Source: Candidatus Bathyarchaeia archaeon (GTDB lineage Archaea; Thermoproteota; Bathyarchaeia; 40CM-2-53-6). From it: a DNA stretch of 23,813 bases. The DNA lies in NCBI GenBank assembly GCA_049517415.1, contig JBEKSC010000031.1, positions 1 to 23,813 on the forward strand. The letters run 5' to 3'. This document shows positions 1 to 9,068 of the stretch, one piece after another. The notes below the pieces were generated by a model, which saw only the letters and a program-made list of their open reading frames with translations, was not told the origin of the DNA and did no database searches. A program made the translations under genes and the position numbers. Numbering within the stretch: position 1 is the stretch's first letter; each line of letters opens with the position of its first letter.

Positions 1-1
1 G

Positions 2-592
2 CAGATCAATCTCCAGGCGATTCTTAACCCAAATCGTACGTGGTTCGAGCGAACCTACGGCGTGGACTTCAATCTAATTGATTATCAAATGGCAAGTCGC
101 GGGCCTCAATTCATGAAGATGGTTTGGAGTTGGTGGCCCGACCTTGGGTTCGAGCCAAGGTATGGAGGGGACGTAGCTTTTGGCGCATTCACGATTGGAA
201 ATTACCTCACCTTCGATGAGAAGTTTCAGAGCGTGCAGGCAAACTTGATGGAGATTGAACGGCTGACCAGCGACCAAACACTCGGCCTCCCCAAGAACAT
301 CACAACGTCGTACCAGCAAGCCATGCAGCTTGCAAACGCTGCTGAGCGCAATTTCAACGAAGGTTGGTACTCCGCCGCGATTGCGGAGATAGGTTATGCC
401 TCGGCACTTGCGCAGGAAACAATAAAGGAGCTTGGACTCCTCGTTCCAATCACACAAACGAACCGAACCGTATTAGAGATCTTGGGAACCGTTATTGCTG
501 CGCTCGTAATCATCAACGTCTACCTGTACCATGTGTTGAGCAAACGACCAAGGCATGGCCCTAGTCGGAAACGCGTATTACGCCGTCGGTGA
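2..592 (+). CDS. Hypothetical secreted/membrane-anchored protein, 5'-truncated by the window edge
   Basis: The frame is open from base 2 (QINLQAILNPNRTWFERTYGVDF...). It ends in a hydrophobic helix (ILGTVIAALVIINVYLY) plus a basic tail (KRPRHGPSRKRVLRRR). It overlaps the 3' end of the convergent topIB gene by 15 bp. Confidence 0.75.
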   Translation, partial: QINLQAILNPNRTWFERTYGVDFNLIDYQMASRGPQFMKMVWSWWPDLGFEPRYGGDVAFGAFTIGNYLTFDEKFQSVQANLMEIERLTSDQTLGLPKNITTSYQQAMQLANAAERNFNEGWYSAAIAEIGYASALAQETIKELGLLVPITQTNRTVLEILGTVIAALVIINVYLYHVLSKRPRHGPSRKRVLRRR

Positions 593-2155
593 CGCAGTGG
601 CGTACTCCTGCAGTTTTTCCTCAGCCCACATGAACTTGGTCACGAGGGTTTTTGGATAGTATGATTTCCAATCATAATCTACTGTTCGACAAAACGCCAC
701 CGACACTCTCGGGTCAATGTAATTCTTTAGCGATGTCCCCAAGTTCCATTTCTTGTTCAGTTTCATTTGCGTGAGGCGAAGTTTCAGTGAAGCCTTTCTT
801 TTCGCGGCCATCTTACCTTCCTTTCCCTTGAGTGACCGCAACATTTCAAGCCGTTTCTTGTAAGTCTCTTCCCACTTCTTCGGTACGGCCTTCTGATGGT
901 TCATTAACTGAGCTACAGCTGCATTCGACTCCATCAAGGCCATCTTTTTTTCTGCATCAGAACTCTCCTTACTGACCTTGCTTGTTCTAAGTTCCTGCCT
1001 GAAGAGTTGAGTTGCTGAGAATGTGCGGAACACTTTTGGGCTGAGGCGTGGCATTGCTTCGGATAGGAATTCCCGCACGGCCTCGGTGGTTATCCCACTG
1101 AAGATTCGTCCCCCACTAGAGGCGAACTCTTTCAGATTCCTGTAAGCTTCTTTGGAGACCGGCAGCTCCCGCTCGAACAGAATTGAGTCCTTACCTAGGA
1201 AATGCAGCTCGACTTTAGGGGACGAATTATGGAAGCGAATGTGCTCGCTTTGAAGGCTTGTTGCCCCCACTGTGCCGCTCTCCGTTTCCTCCTCATCCCC
1301 GACACGAATTTTAAAAACGTCAATCAGGTACGCTACCGTCGCCACTTTGCGGCGTTTCACATCTTCGCTCGTAAGATCCTCTGCTATGTGCGCACGGACC
1401 TTGGCGATCTTCAAATCCAACTCACGCGCTAAGTCGAATTTTTCCTGAACCCGTTCCTGCTTCATTGGTGTGGCATCGTGAAACCAAATGTACTTCACCT
1501 TCTCGGCTAGCTTATCAGTCCACTTAGCAATCCAAAGTTCATCAGGCCGCCATTCACGCCCCGCCCATTCTCCGGGCGGTGCAGGCGCGTCAGGGCTCAA
1601 GTTCAAAGTTACATCCCTAGTGGTTACCGCTGGTTTCCAGTGACCCCTCATAGGGTGCTTGCCACGGCCCATGAATACTGACGGCGGCTCGACAGCATAG
1701 TTTCCTATTTCCATTCTCGCGCCGTCAACTGTGGCCCAACCATAGTGCTCCTTTCGCTCCTCTCGAACCTTCTTTCTGGCTTGAGCTAACTCCTTCTTCG
1801 CTTCCTTCGACATGTTTGCCTTACGGGCTCGCTCAGCCTCAATCCATTTCACGATAGGAGCCCAATCGAAATCTTCGACGGAGACTTGCTCCTTGATTCC
1901 TAGGGCTTGTGCGAAGTCTTTCATAAAATTGGAGCAAAACGTTCGGTCTTCGGTGTAGGGGGTTCCGAATTTCTGTGCAAACTTTACCGCCATCTCTTCC
2001 TGCAGAGGGTTCAATTTGATTGGCGTGCCGCGGTACCTGATGGCGAAGCCTTGGGGGCCGTAAGCGTCAGGGATTAGGACGCCGTTGTGTCTTAACTGCT
2101 TGAGTTGAGATGAACTCAATGATTTCTTTCTCCATCGCCGAGAGTAATAGGCCAC
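578..2155 (-). CDS. top1: DNA topoisomerase IB, eukaryote-like archaeal type
   Basis: N-terminal HNGV and core motifs QEEMA, GNYAVEPPSVFMGRGKHPMRG. Catalytic pentad equivalents: IRVG (Arg), FLGKDSI (Lys), KVFRTF (Arg), NHQK (His), GTSLKNYIDPR (Tyr). GTG start. Confidence 0.97.
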   Translation of the reverse strand: MAYYSRRWRKKSLSSSQLKQLRHNGVLIPDAYGPQGFAIRYRGTPIKLNPLQEEMAVKFAQKFGTPYTEDRTFCSNFMKDFAQALGIKEQVSVEDFDWAPIVKWIEAERARKANMSKEAKKELAQARKKVREERKEHYGWATVDGARMEIGNYAVEPPSVFMGRGKHPMRGHWKPAVTTRDVTLNLSPDAPAPPGEWAGREWRPDELWIAKWTDKLAEKVKYIWFHDATPMKQERVQEKFDLARELDLKIAKVRAHIAEDLTSEDVKRRKVATVAYLIDVFKIRVGDEEETESGTVGATSLQSEHIRFHNSSPKVELHFLGKDSILFERELPVSKEAYRNLKEFASSGGRIFSGITTEAVREFLSEAMPRLSPKVFRTFSATQLFRQELRTSKVSKESSDAEKKMALMESNAAVAQLMNHQKAVPKKWEETYKKRLEMLRSLKGKEGKMAAKRKASLKLRLTQMKLNKKWNLGTSLKNYIDPRVSVAFCRTVDYDWKSYYPKTLVTKFMWAEEKLQEYATASPTA

Positions 2156-2482
2156 ATCACGTTAGGACAAATGATTAGGATTTTGTATTTGCCCACGCAA
2201 ATTTCTATATGGAATTTTGGCGCGCAATGGCATAAGCTTTACGTCTTCCAGCCTAGAACAAGGAAGAGGAATGAATTTAGGCTTGAGATTTGACCGGCCG
2301 AAGCTTGCACGCCTTATTCCTTGTCGTATTATTCCATTAGCAATGTGTCGCCAGTTGCCCACCACAGGCCCTCATCTTAGCCTACTCCCCCGAAGACCTG
2401 ACCCCCGATCTAAGAGAACCCCAAATAAATCCTGCAAAGGCTTTTCACCACACAATGAAGTAAATGCGAGGAGAGTTGAACC

Positions 2483-3199
2483 ATGCGCAAGCTATCTCGG
2501 CGAACATTCGTTTCCGCAGCAGGTTTGACCGCAGCGGGATTTACGTTAGGATTTGCTGCGAAGACCTTACTGCCCTCAACGTCTACCCCACCAACACTTG
2601 CACCTGTTACAACCCCTGCTGACGCCCTCAGAAGGCTGATGGATGGAAACGCGCGTTATGCTGCAGGGGCTTCAATCCACCCAAACCTTTCGCAGGAGCG
2701 TAGGGCAGAAGTCTCGCAGGGACAAAACCCATGGGCAGTTATCTTGGGGTGCATCGACTCACGCGTCCCACCCGAAATCATCTTCGACCAAGGGCTGGGA
2801 GACCTCTTCGTGGCAAGAACAGCGGGACAAGTCATTGACAACGTAGTCTTAGGTAGCCTAGAATTTGCAGTCGAAGAAGGCGCGAAACTGATTATCGTGC
2901 TAGGGCATCAGAGTTGCGGGGCAGTGAAAGCCGCGGTTGGCGCAATCCAAAACAACACCCAAGCCGACGGCCAGATTGAAACCTTAGTTGATGCCATCAA
3001 GCCTGCCATCACGATTGCAACCGGACAACCTGGTGATTTGATTGATAACTCAGTGAGGGCTAACGTGGCGTTGGAAGTTCAGCAACTCAAATCCTCGAGC
3101 GAAATAATTTCACACGCCCTCAACGCAGGCCAGACAAGCCTAATTGGGGCGCGTTATGACTTGGTAGCTGGAACCGTTGAAGTGACAGTCAACGGATAA
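2483..3199 (+). CDS. Beta-class carbonic anhydrase with twin-arginine signal peptide
   Basis: Zn ligands CIDSR and HQSCG, and the IFDQGLGDLFVAR motif. N-terminus MRKLSRRTFVSAAG followed by a hydrophobic stretch. GAGGAG ribosome-binding site at about 2468-2473. Confidence 0.95.
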   Translation: MRKLSRRTFVSAAGLTAAGFTLGFAAKTLLPSTSTPPTLAPVTTPADALRRLMDGNARYAAGASIHPNLSQERRAEVSQGQNPWAVILGCIDSRVPPEIIFDQGLGDLFVARTAGQVIDNVVLGSLEFAVEEGAKLIIVLGHQSCGAVKAAVGAIQNNTQADGQIETLVDAIKPAITIATGQPGDLIDNSVRANVALEVQQLKSSSEIISHALNAGQTSLIGARYDLVAGTVEVTVNG

Positions 3200-3308
3200 G
3201 GTGTTACAACTATCGATTATGGCTATGGGCATAGCAAGTCTTGATTACGTTTCGACCACGCGTCTCAGTCGCTCAACCCATACACCCGCGTACTTCAGGA
3301 CCTCCTAG

Positions 3309-3346
3309 AAAAATGCAAATGAACGAGAGAATTGATCCCGTTCATT
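3309..3346 (-). terminator. Hairpin between convergent genes, possible terminator
   Basis: AATGAACG (3318-3325) pairs perfectly with CGTTCATT (3339-3346). A T5 tract follows on the minus strand (3309-3313). Confidence 0.45.
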
Positions 3347-3435
3347 AGAACATCCTTACGCTACTTACTCGTCCTCCTGTCGTGAAGATTCGTGTTCCTT
3401 GAACACCATCTTAACTTTGTGTTTCTTACGGGCCA

Positions 3436-3693
3436 CTATTTCTTTCGCATTCTTGTGTAGGCGAACAGGACGATTGCCACGATAATAGCCCAGCCAACAA
3501 TGTCGGCGACGAACCGAAGTGGCCTTAGATCATATACCGTTGGGTATGCAGGGTTACCTAGCTGCTGAACAAGCCAAGCCAGCGGGTACCCGTACCATAC
3601 TGCACCCACCAACATTTCAGGCGTATGCGGAAATAGGCCGGTCAGCAAAGTAATCGCAATACCGCCTATGGCAGCGAACATCAACAGTTTCAT
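3436..3693 (-). CDS. Small two-helix membrane protein of unknown function
   Basis: Likely ATG at 3693 (MKLLMFAAIGGIAITLLTGL...WYGYPLAW...RFVADIVGWAIIVAIVLFAYTRMRKK). Two hydrophobic helices and a basic C-terminus. The ORF track start at 3732 is an alternative. Confidence 0.7.
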   Translation of the reverse strand: MKLLMFAAIGGIAITLLTGLFPHTPEMLVGAVWYGYPLAWLVQQLGNPAYPTVYDLRPLRFVADIVGWAIIVAIVLFAYTRMRKK

Positions 3694-3766
3694 AGTTTTC
3701 AAAGTTGTTCCTCGACCACTAAACTCTACCACTGCTTTTTAAAACATGAGGCCAAAAGCAAGTTAA

Positions 3767-4651
3767 TCAAGAAAACGCAATGAACACCAACCCTGTGACC
3801 ATGATTAGAGCCCCGATTACTCTGCTGGAACCGAAACTTTCCTTCAGCAATAATGCGCCGATTACCGCGCCGATGACTACGCTGAAGCCGCGGCCAGCTA
3901 CAACATAACTCGCGCTCGTTAGAGCCAGCGCGGCCAGCGCGGCCCCGTAAGCAGTCGTCATGGCTATACTTGTCAATATTATGCCTCGCAAATTGGTTTT
4001 GAGCTCGTTCATATTCGCTCGTAGTCGGGACCCGCGCCAAACTACAGGCGACCATAGTACCGTATTGCCGGCAAAAACCCACCAATTATAGATCAGCGGA
4101 GGAGTCGCCGCTATGGCAACCTTGTCGGTAACAGAATAGACCGAAATGAAGATTGCAGAGGCGAGTGCCCAGCCTGCCGCATTTTTCGGAAAGAGCGAGC
4201 TAACTCGCCATGAGCTTTTTGATGACTCTGAACGGTTGATCGGGTTCGAAACGATGAAAATTCCACAAACAATCAAACCAACCCCTAAGTATCCTAGCGC
4301 AGGAAGCTTTTCTGCGAAGACCAGTGCACTCCAGAAGACTGTGAAAATCGGCGCGGAGCCCCTTGAGATCGGGTAGACGAGGGATAGGTCCCCCTCAAAG
4401 TACCCTCGAACGAGTGTGACGAAGTAGCCAGTCTCAGCGACCGCGCTAATGATGAAGGGCACCCATGAATCCGGATTTAGATAGATGCCCGAACTGCTCA
4501 GAAGCCACACACCGTAACCAAAGGTTCCGAAGAGGCTGGCCCACCACATCAACGCAAACGTGTCCTTAGAAGCCTTGGCTAAGACGTTCCAACCTGCATG
4601 TAGAGAGGCAGCGGCAATGATTAATGCCAAGGCGAGGAACAGCATAGCCAT
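3767..4651 (-). CDS. EamA/DMT-family transporter
   Basis: About 10 TM helices in two repeats. Motifs LHAGWNVLAK, GDLSLVYPISRG, YSVTDK and LLKE are typical of EamA. Confidence 0.92.
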   Translation of the reverse strand: MAMLFLALALIIAAASLHAGWNVLAKASKDTFALMWWASLFGTFGYGVWLLSSSGIYLNPDSWVPFIISAVAETGYFVTLVRGYFEGDLSLVYPISRGSAPIFTVFWSALVFAEKLPALGYLGVGLIVCGIFIVSNPINRSESSKSSWRVSSLFPKNAAGWALASAIFISVYSVTDKVAIAATPPLIYNWWVFAGNTVLWSPVVWRGSRLRANMNELKTNLRGIILTSIAMTTAYGAALAALALTSASYVVAGRGFSVVIGAVIGALLLKESFGSSRVIGALIMVTGLVFIAFS

Positions 4652-4753
4652 TCTTCCTCTATACTTTCTCTGCGTGTGCTTGGGACTTTTGGTTCTTCTT
4701 CCATAGTTTAGATGAGTAAGGGTTTCAAGGAAAAAATGGATAGCGGTTGATTT

Positions 4754-5965
4754 CTAGGAGATGGGTTGAAGTTTTACGATTTTCATGTTGATAATCTCGG
4801 ACTTTCGTTCGGAGATCCTGTCCAGAGTAGTTTGCGGTGGATAAGTGTCGATCTGGATGTGGACGACGGCTGCTTTGGCTCCTTCGAATATCACATTGTG
4901 CACCTCGTGGACGCTGATCTTTGATTCCCTAAGCTCGGTCAGAATTCTTGTCAGTACACCGATCCTATCATAATGCCTCACAATTAGTTCGTAAACTGCC
5001 GGCGATTCTTTCGCAAAATTCACGCAATTCTCTACAATTCCTGTCTTGACGTATCTTTCAATAATCCGAACAGTTTCGGTTGCCGTAGCAACTTGGGCCT
5101 GAGTTGTGGAGGCACCAATATGGTCGGTACCGACCCAGTTTGGGACAGCGGCCAGGACGCTCGAGAATTTTCCTTTGCCGTTTGCTGGCTCATCTTCATA
5201 CACGTCAAGCCCGGCGCGCACCCGGCCGTTTTTTAGCGCTTCAGCCAGCGCAATGTTGTCAACGACGGCACCGCGGGATGTGTTTAGGATAATGGCGCCT
5301 TTCTTGAGCTTCGAAATTCGCTCAGCTGAAAGGATGTGTGTGGTCTCTGGAGTTAGGGCGACGTGTAGGGAGATTATGTCACTGTTTTCGACTAGTCCGT
5401 CGATGGTCGCCGCGCGGGTGACACCAAGTTCAGCCGCTTTTTCGTCGGTGAGGGACCGCGACCAGGCGACGACGGGCATATCGAAGGCCTTGGCTCGTTT
5501 GATTACCTCTCTGCCTACCGCGCCCGTGCCGATGACACCGAAAATCTTACCCTTTAGGCCGTCTGCCTTCGAGTACTCCTCCTTGTCCCACCTTTTTTCC
5601 TTCAAGGCTATGCTCTGTTCAGGGATGCGTCGGTCAATTGCTACCAACAGGCCCAGAGTTAATTCGGCCACTGCAGCCGAGTTCTTGTCGGGGCAATTTG
5701 TCACGTATACACCTCGGGCTGACGCTGCTTCAAGGTCAATGTTCTCGGTTCCAGCCCCGGCCCGCACAATCAGCTCTAATTCAACGTCTTTCTCAATCGT
5801 GCTATTGCTGACCCTAGTTCCCCTCACCACGAGGATCCTGGAACCCGAGATGTGATCTGGCAATGAATCTGCAGTGAGGTCCGGTACGTATTCTACGTCT
5901 TCTACAATTTTTCGTAACATGTCGACGTGCGAAGGAGGAAGTCTATCTGCAATCAGAAGCTTCAT
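4754..5965 (-). CDS. serA: D-3-phosphoglycerate dehydrogenase / D-2-hydroxyacid dehydrogenase with C-terminal ACT domain
   Basis: VRAGAGTENID, NSAAVAEL, Rossmann GTGAVG, NTSRG, LDVYEDEP and HIGAST motifs. C-terminal ACT domain (HYDRIGVL...). Confidence 0.8.
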   Translation of the reverse strand: MKLLIADRLPPSHVDMLRKIVEDVEYVPDLTADSLPDHISGSRILVVRGTRVSNSTIEKDVELELIVRAGAGTENIDLEAASARGVYVTNCPDKNSAAVAELTLGLLVAIDRRIPEQSIALKEKRWDKEEYSKADGLKGKIFGVIGTGAVGREVIKRAKAFDMPVVAWSRSLTDEKAAELGVTRAATIDGLVENSDIISLHVALTPETTHILSAERISKLKKGAIILNTSRGAVVDNIALAEALKNGRVRAGLDVYEDEPANGKGKFSSVLAAVPNWVGTDHIGASTTQAQVATATETVRIIERYVKTGIVENCVNFAKESPAVYELIVRHYDRIGVLTRILTELRESKISVHEVHNVIFEGAKAAVVHIQIDTYPPQTTLDRISERKSEIINMKIVKLQPIS

Positions 5966-6192
5966 GTCAGGAAGCCCTTACCGTAAATTGCTAAGGAAGT
6001 TACTTAGATGCCATTCGGTTGGTAGCCAAGCCTGAAAGGAGTCATTAGTTAGAGTCACTACTACCAGCGGTCGTGTAGGAGCCAGCTCTAACCATACTTT
6101 ACTGAATGATCAGAATGTGAGCCGAAACAGAAAATTACAAGCGTTATGAAGACATTGCTTCCTCTAATCGTGAATAGGAGGCCCCGCGTAAG

Positions 6193-7290
6193 ATGTCTGC
6201 AGATAAAGACGTCGTAGACGGCAAGGCGGGACTATCGCTCAATGAAAAACTCAGGATTGGAATTGTTTATTTGCTGATTGGCGTTGCAACGTTACTAGGA
6301 TTTACAGCCTCAGCAATCATAGGCAGATTCTCTGTTCTGCTCGCAGGACTCGGAGTCATAACTTACGTTTTTGGATTGCGACACGGCGTGGATGCGGACC
6401 ATATCGCGGCGATTGATAACACTACACGGAAATTGATGCAGGATAAGCAACGCCCCTTCACCGTTGGCATGTGGTTCTCGCTAGGTCATTCGACTATTGT
6501 TGTTGCGCTCATCGTGGGACTGGTCTTTGCCACACGAACTGTAATCGGCCATATACCTGCTTTAGCGAGTGGTGGCGCTATAATTGGCACGACGGTTTCT
6601 GGCATCTTTCTGTGGCTGATGGGTATCGTTAACTTGGTTATCGTTCTCGGCATTTATCGTATCTACAAAGTCATGAAACAAGGCAGGTTAGACCAATCTG
6701 AACTTGAGAGCCTTTTGGACAAGCGGGGTTTCTTGAACCGTTACTTTCGGCCCCTATTCAAACTCGTTAAGCGACCTTGGCAGATATTCCCTATCGGAGT
6801 CCTATTCGGGCTAGGTTTTGATACCGCTACTGAGATCGCCCTAGTTGCGATTAGCGTTGGAATCGGAGTCTCATCTGCAGTCCCAATCTGGATGATTCTC
6901 GTTTTGCCTTTCATGTTCACGTGCGGAATGGTTTTGATTGATACAACCGATGGCGTGGCCATGCGTTTCGCCTACGGTTGGGCTTTCATCAACCCCATTC
7001 GCAAAATCTACTACAACCTAACGGTAACAATCATTTCCGTCCTTGTTGCACTTGCAATCGGCACCGTTGAACTCCTCCAAGTTGTAGCGAGCGAGCTAAA
7101 CTTCACAGGCGCGTTCTGGGATTGGCTCGGTACCCTTGACTTTGAGACAATCGGGTTTCTGATCATAATCATCTTTGTAGTGTCCTGGATAATTTCCTTA
7201 GGTTATTGGAAGTACAGGCGATTCGACGAAGAATACGCACCAAAACTTGCTCGATCGAAGACCGGGAGAGAACGACGAATAGAAACCTGA
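6193..7290 (+). CDS. HoxN/HupN/NixA (NiCoT) high-affinity nickel/cobalt permease
   Basis: Signatures GLRHGVDADHIAAIDNTTR, FSLGHSTIV, LGFDTATE, GMVLIDTTDG and YYNLTVT. GGAGG ribosome-binding site at about 6177-6181. Confidence 0.96.
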   Translation: MSADKDVVDGKAGLSLNEKLRIGIVYLLIGVATLLGFTASAIIGRFSVLLAGLGVITYVFGLRHGVDADHIAAIDNTTRKLMQDKQRPFTVGMWFSLGHSTIVVALIVGLVFATRTVIGHIPALASGGAIIGTTVSGIFLWLMGIVNLVIVLGIYRIYKVMKQGRLDQSELESLLDKRGFLNRYFRPLFKLVKRPWQIFPIGVLFGLGFDTATEIALVAISVGIGVSSAVPIWMILVLPFMFTCGMVLIDTTDGVAMRFAYGWAFINPIRKIYYNLTVTIISVLVALAIGTVELLQVVASELNFTGAFWDWLGTLDFETIGFLIIIIFVVSWIISLGYWKYRRFDEEYAPKLARSKTGRERRIET

Positions 7291-7349
7291 CGCAAAGTGT
7301 TCCCATCTCCCACAACCAAGCCGCCAGAAGAAGACTGCTCATAGTCACA

Positions 7350-7614
7350 TTTCTGAGTTCAATGTCAATCACATCTGCAACACCCTCACCAAACATTGCG
7401 TTAACGACCTCAAGTACTGCAGTCAGCAACCTTGCTACGAGCAGCTAATCTATTGCCATGTCAATACCAGTTCAAACCTCCACGATAGTCACTTCAACTA
7501 ACACAACACCGCTCGCGACTCCAACCATCCCAGGATTTCCTTGGGAATCAATCATAGCAGGTCATCGTCGGCCTGACAGCCCTCGCAATCGCAAGACGCC
7601 GCATGGAGAACTAG
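7350..7614 (+). pseudogene. Remnant of a Ser/Thr-rich surface protein with a PGF-type C-terminal sorting signal
   Basis: An S/T-rich frame is interrupted by TAA at 7446-7448 and continues to PTIPGFPWESIIAG. After a frameshift near 7560 it reads VIVGLTALAIARRRMEN* (stop 7612-7614). This matches the intact tail PVPGFPLESIITGIILGLMFLAIVRRRR of the 17847-19673 gene. Confidence 0.75.
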
Positions 7615-7670
7615 GCTTATGCATGGGACCATGGTTTTATTCTGGGCCCCGCGGTGATGTTCTGTGAGGG

Positions 7671-9068
7671 ATGATTACGCCTTTTTGTGACGGATGCGGA
7701 AAACCGATCTCGGCAAACCAAAATTTCTGCATCAACTGCGGACGAACAGTTCAACCAATTTACCCACAACCCTCGCTGCGCCCTCAGCAGACGCGAACTG
7801 TTACACCTACTGCTGTTGCTCCCCCTTCTTATCCCACTCCAAGTGAATCTTATGACGTTCCACTTCCAGAACCACAACGGCCGTTCGCACCTCCTGCAGA
7901 ACCTGTGATGCCGCAGCCAATGCCGCAAGAGCGGGGCACCCAAAGGCCCACTGGCGTTGCGGTACTTTCGATTCTAATGTTTCTCGGAGGGGCTGTGGAT
8001 ATTGGGACTGCAACTTTGTTTTTTTTCCTCGGGGCAGTCACACTCCCTATGCTTGTTCTCCTGCCCAGTCTCCACTTGGCAGGGACTTTGCTCCTGCTCC
8101 TCTCAATTATACCTCTGATATTTGCGATAATTTCATTCGTGCTCGGATTTGGACTCTGGAAAGGCCGTACCTGGGCTTGGACTTGGACACTTATTTCCTC
8201 AATCATTGGCCTCATAGTATCTGCTGCTGGCCTGATAATTGGGGTCGGATTAGTAGGAGTTGTAATCTACACGGTCTTCATCATCTACTTGACTAGGGGA
8301 AGGGTGAAATCCTATTTTGGAAGGCGTACCGCTTTCGCGGGAAGTGAAGCGGCAGCCGCTGCGCAGTACTTCGAATATGACCAAGCCACTATTCCCGAAA
8401 CCACGCCAACTAGCGAGTCGAGGAGCCCAAAGAAAATAACGATTAGTGTTGGTAGCCAGAATAGAAACCATAAACTGGCGGGTGTCCTCCTCCTTCTTGC
8501 TTGGATGCAGTCAATCTTCTTCACTGCGATAGCGGAAGGCCTGTACCCGAACTACAATTTGCGACTGAATCTCGTAAGCGACTTAGGCGTCCAACCTCAA
8601 TCCGCAATGGTATGGACAGCTAGTGTGCTCGTCACAGGAGTACTAGTGATGGTAGCAGGTCTTGCCTTATCCGATTTTGGCAAGGGACATAGAGAGCTAC
8701 TCGTCACCTTCGTCCTAACGGGCGTGGGCCTGTTGGGCGTTGCAGCATTCAATGAGAATGCGTTCTACTATGCGCATCTAGTGTTGTCGTTGCTAGCATT
8801 CGCCTTTGGCGCAATCTCGTCGCTCCTCGTTTCCATAAGGCTCGTCAAAGGCTTGTTCAGGTACTTTTCCCTAATCTTCGGCGTAGTGATGCTAATCGGA
8901 ATGGTCATCTTATACACTGCTTTCTTTGTCGCTCCCATCGCAACTATCTTCTTCGCTTTAGGGAAAGGCTTCGCAGAGAGAATTATTCTGCTGCCCGGGT
9001 TGATCTGGTTCATCACGTTCGGAGCCTACCTGATTGGAATCACTGCAACACCCCCCGAAAATTACTGA
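7671..9068 (+). CDS. Multidomain membrane protein: zinc ribbon, Pro-rich linker, 4-TM domain and DUF998-like domain
   Basis: N-terminal CDGC...CINC, then a P/Q-rich linker and an RPTGV-led 4-TM block. The C-terminal half has LYPNYNLRLNLVSDLG...AH...GFAERI, resembling DUF998. Confidence 0.8.
   Translation: MITPFCDGCGKPISANQNFCINCGRTVQPIYPQPSLRPQQTRTVTPTAVAPPSYPTPSESYDVPLPEPQRPFAPPAEPVMPQPMPQERGTQRPTGVAVLSILMFLGGAVDIGTATLFFFLGAVTLPMLVLLPSLHLAGTLLLLLSIIPLIFAIISFVLGFGLWKGRTWAWTWTLISSIIGLIVSAAGLIIGVGLVGVVIYTVFIIYLTRGRVKSYFGRRTAFAGSEAAAAAQYFEYDQATIPETTPTSESRSPKKITISVGSQNRNHKLAGVLLLLAWMQSIFFTAIAEGLYPNYNLRLNLVSDLGVQPQSAMVWTASVLVTGVLVMVAGLALSDFGKGHRELLVTFVLTGVGLLGVAAFNENAFYYAHLVLSLLAFAFGAISSLLVSIRLVKGLFRYFSLIFGVVMLIGMVILYTAFFVAPIATIFFALGKGFAERIILLPGLIWFITFGAYLIGITATPPENY

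Noticed and set aside
2162..2528. ORFs of 67 and 103 aa and an ACAAGGAA/TTCCTTGT stem (2258-2324) between topIB and the carbonic anhydrase
   Set aside because: The ORFs have no protein-like features and sit in a divergent promoter region. The single 8-bp stem has no supporting inner structure.
5106..5855. 249-aa plus-strand ORF
   Set aside because: Antisense shadow of the well-supported serA-like gene, with no recognisable motifs.
7458..7667. 69-aa ORF as an intact gene
   Set aside because: Its C-terminus is the out-of-frame read-through of a frameshifted sorting tail, so it is better explained as a pseudogene.
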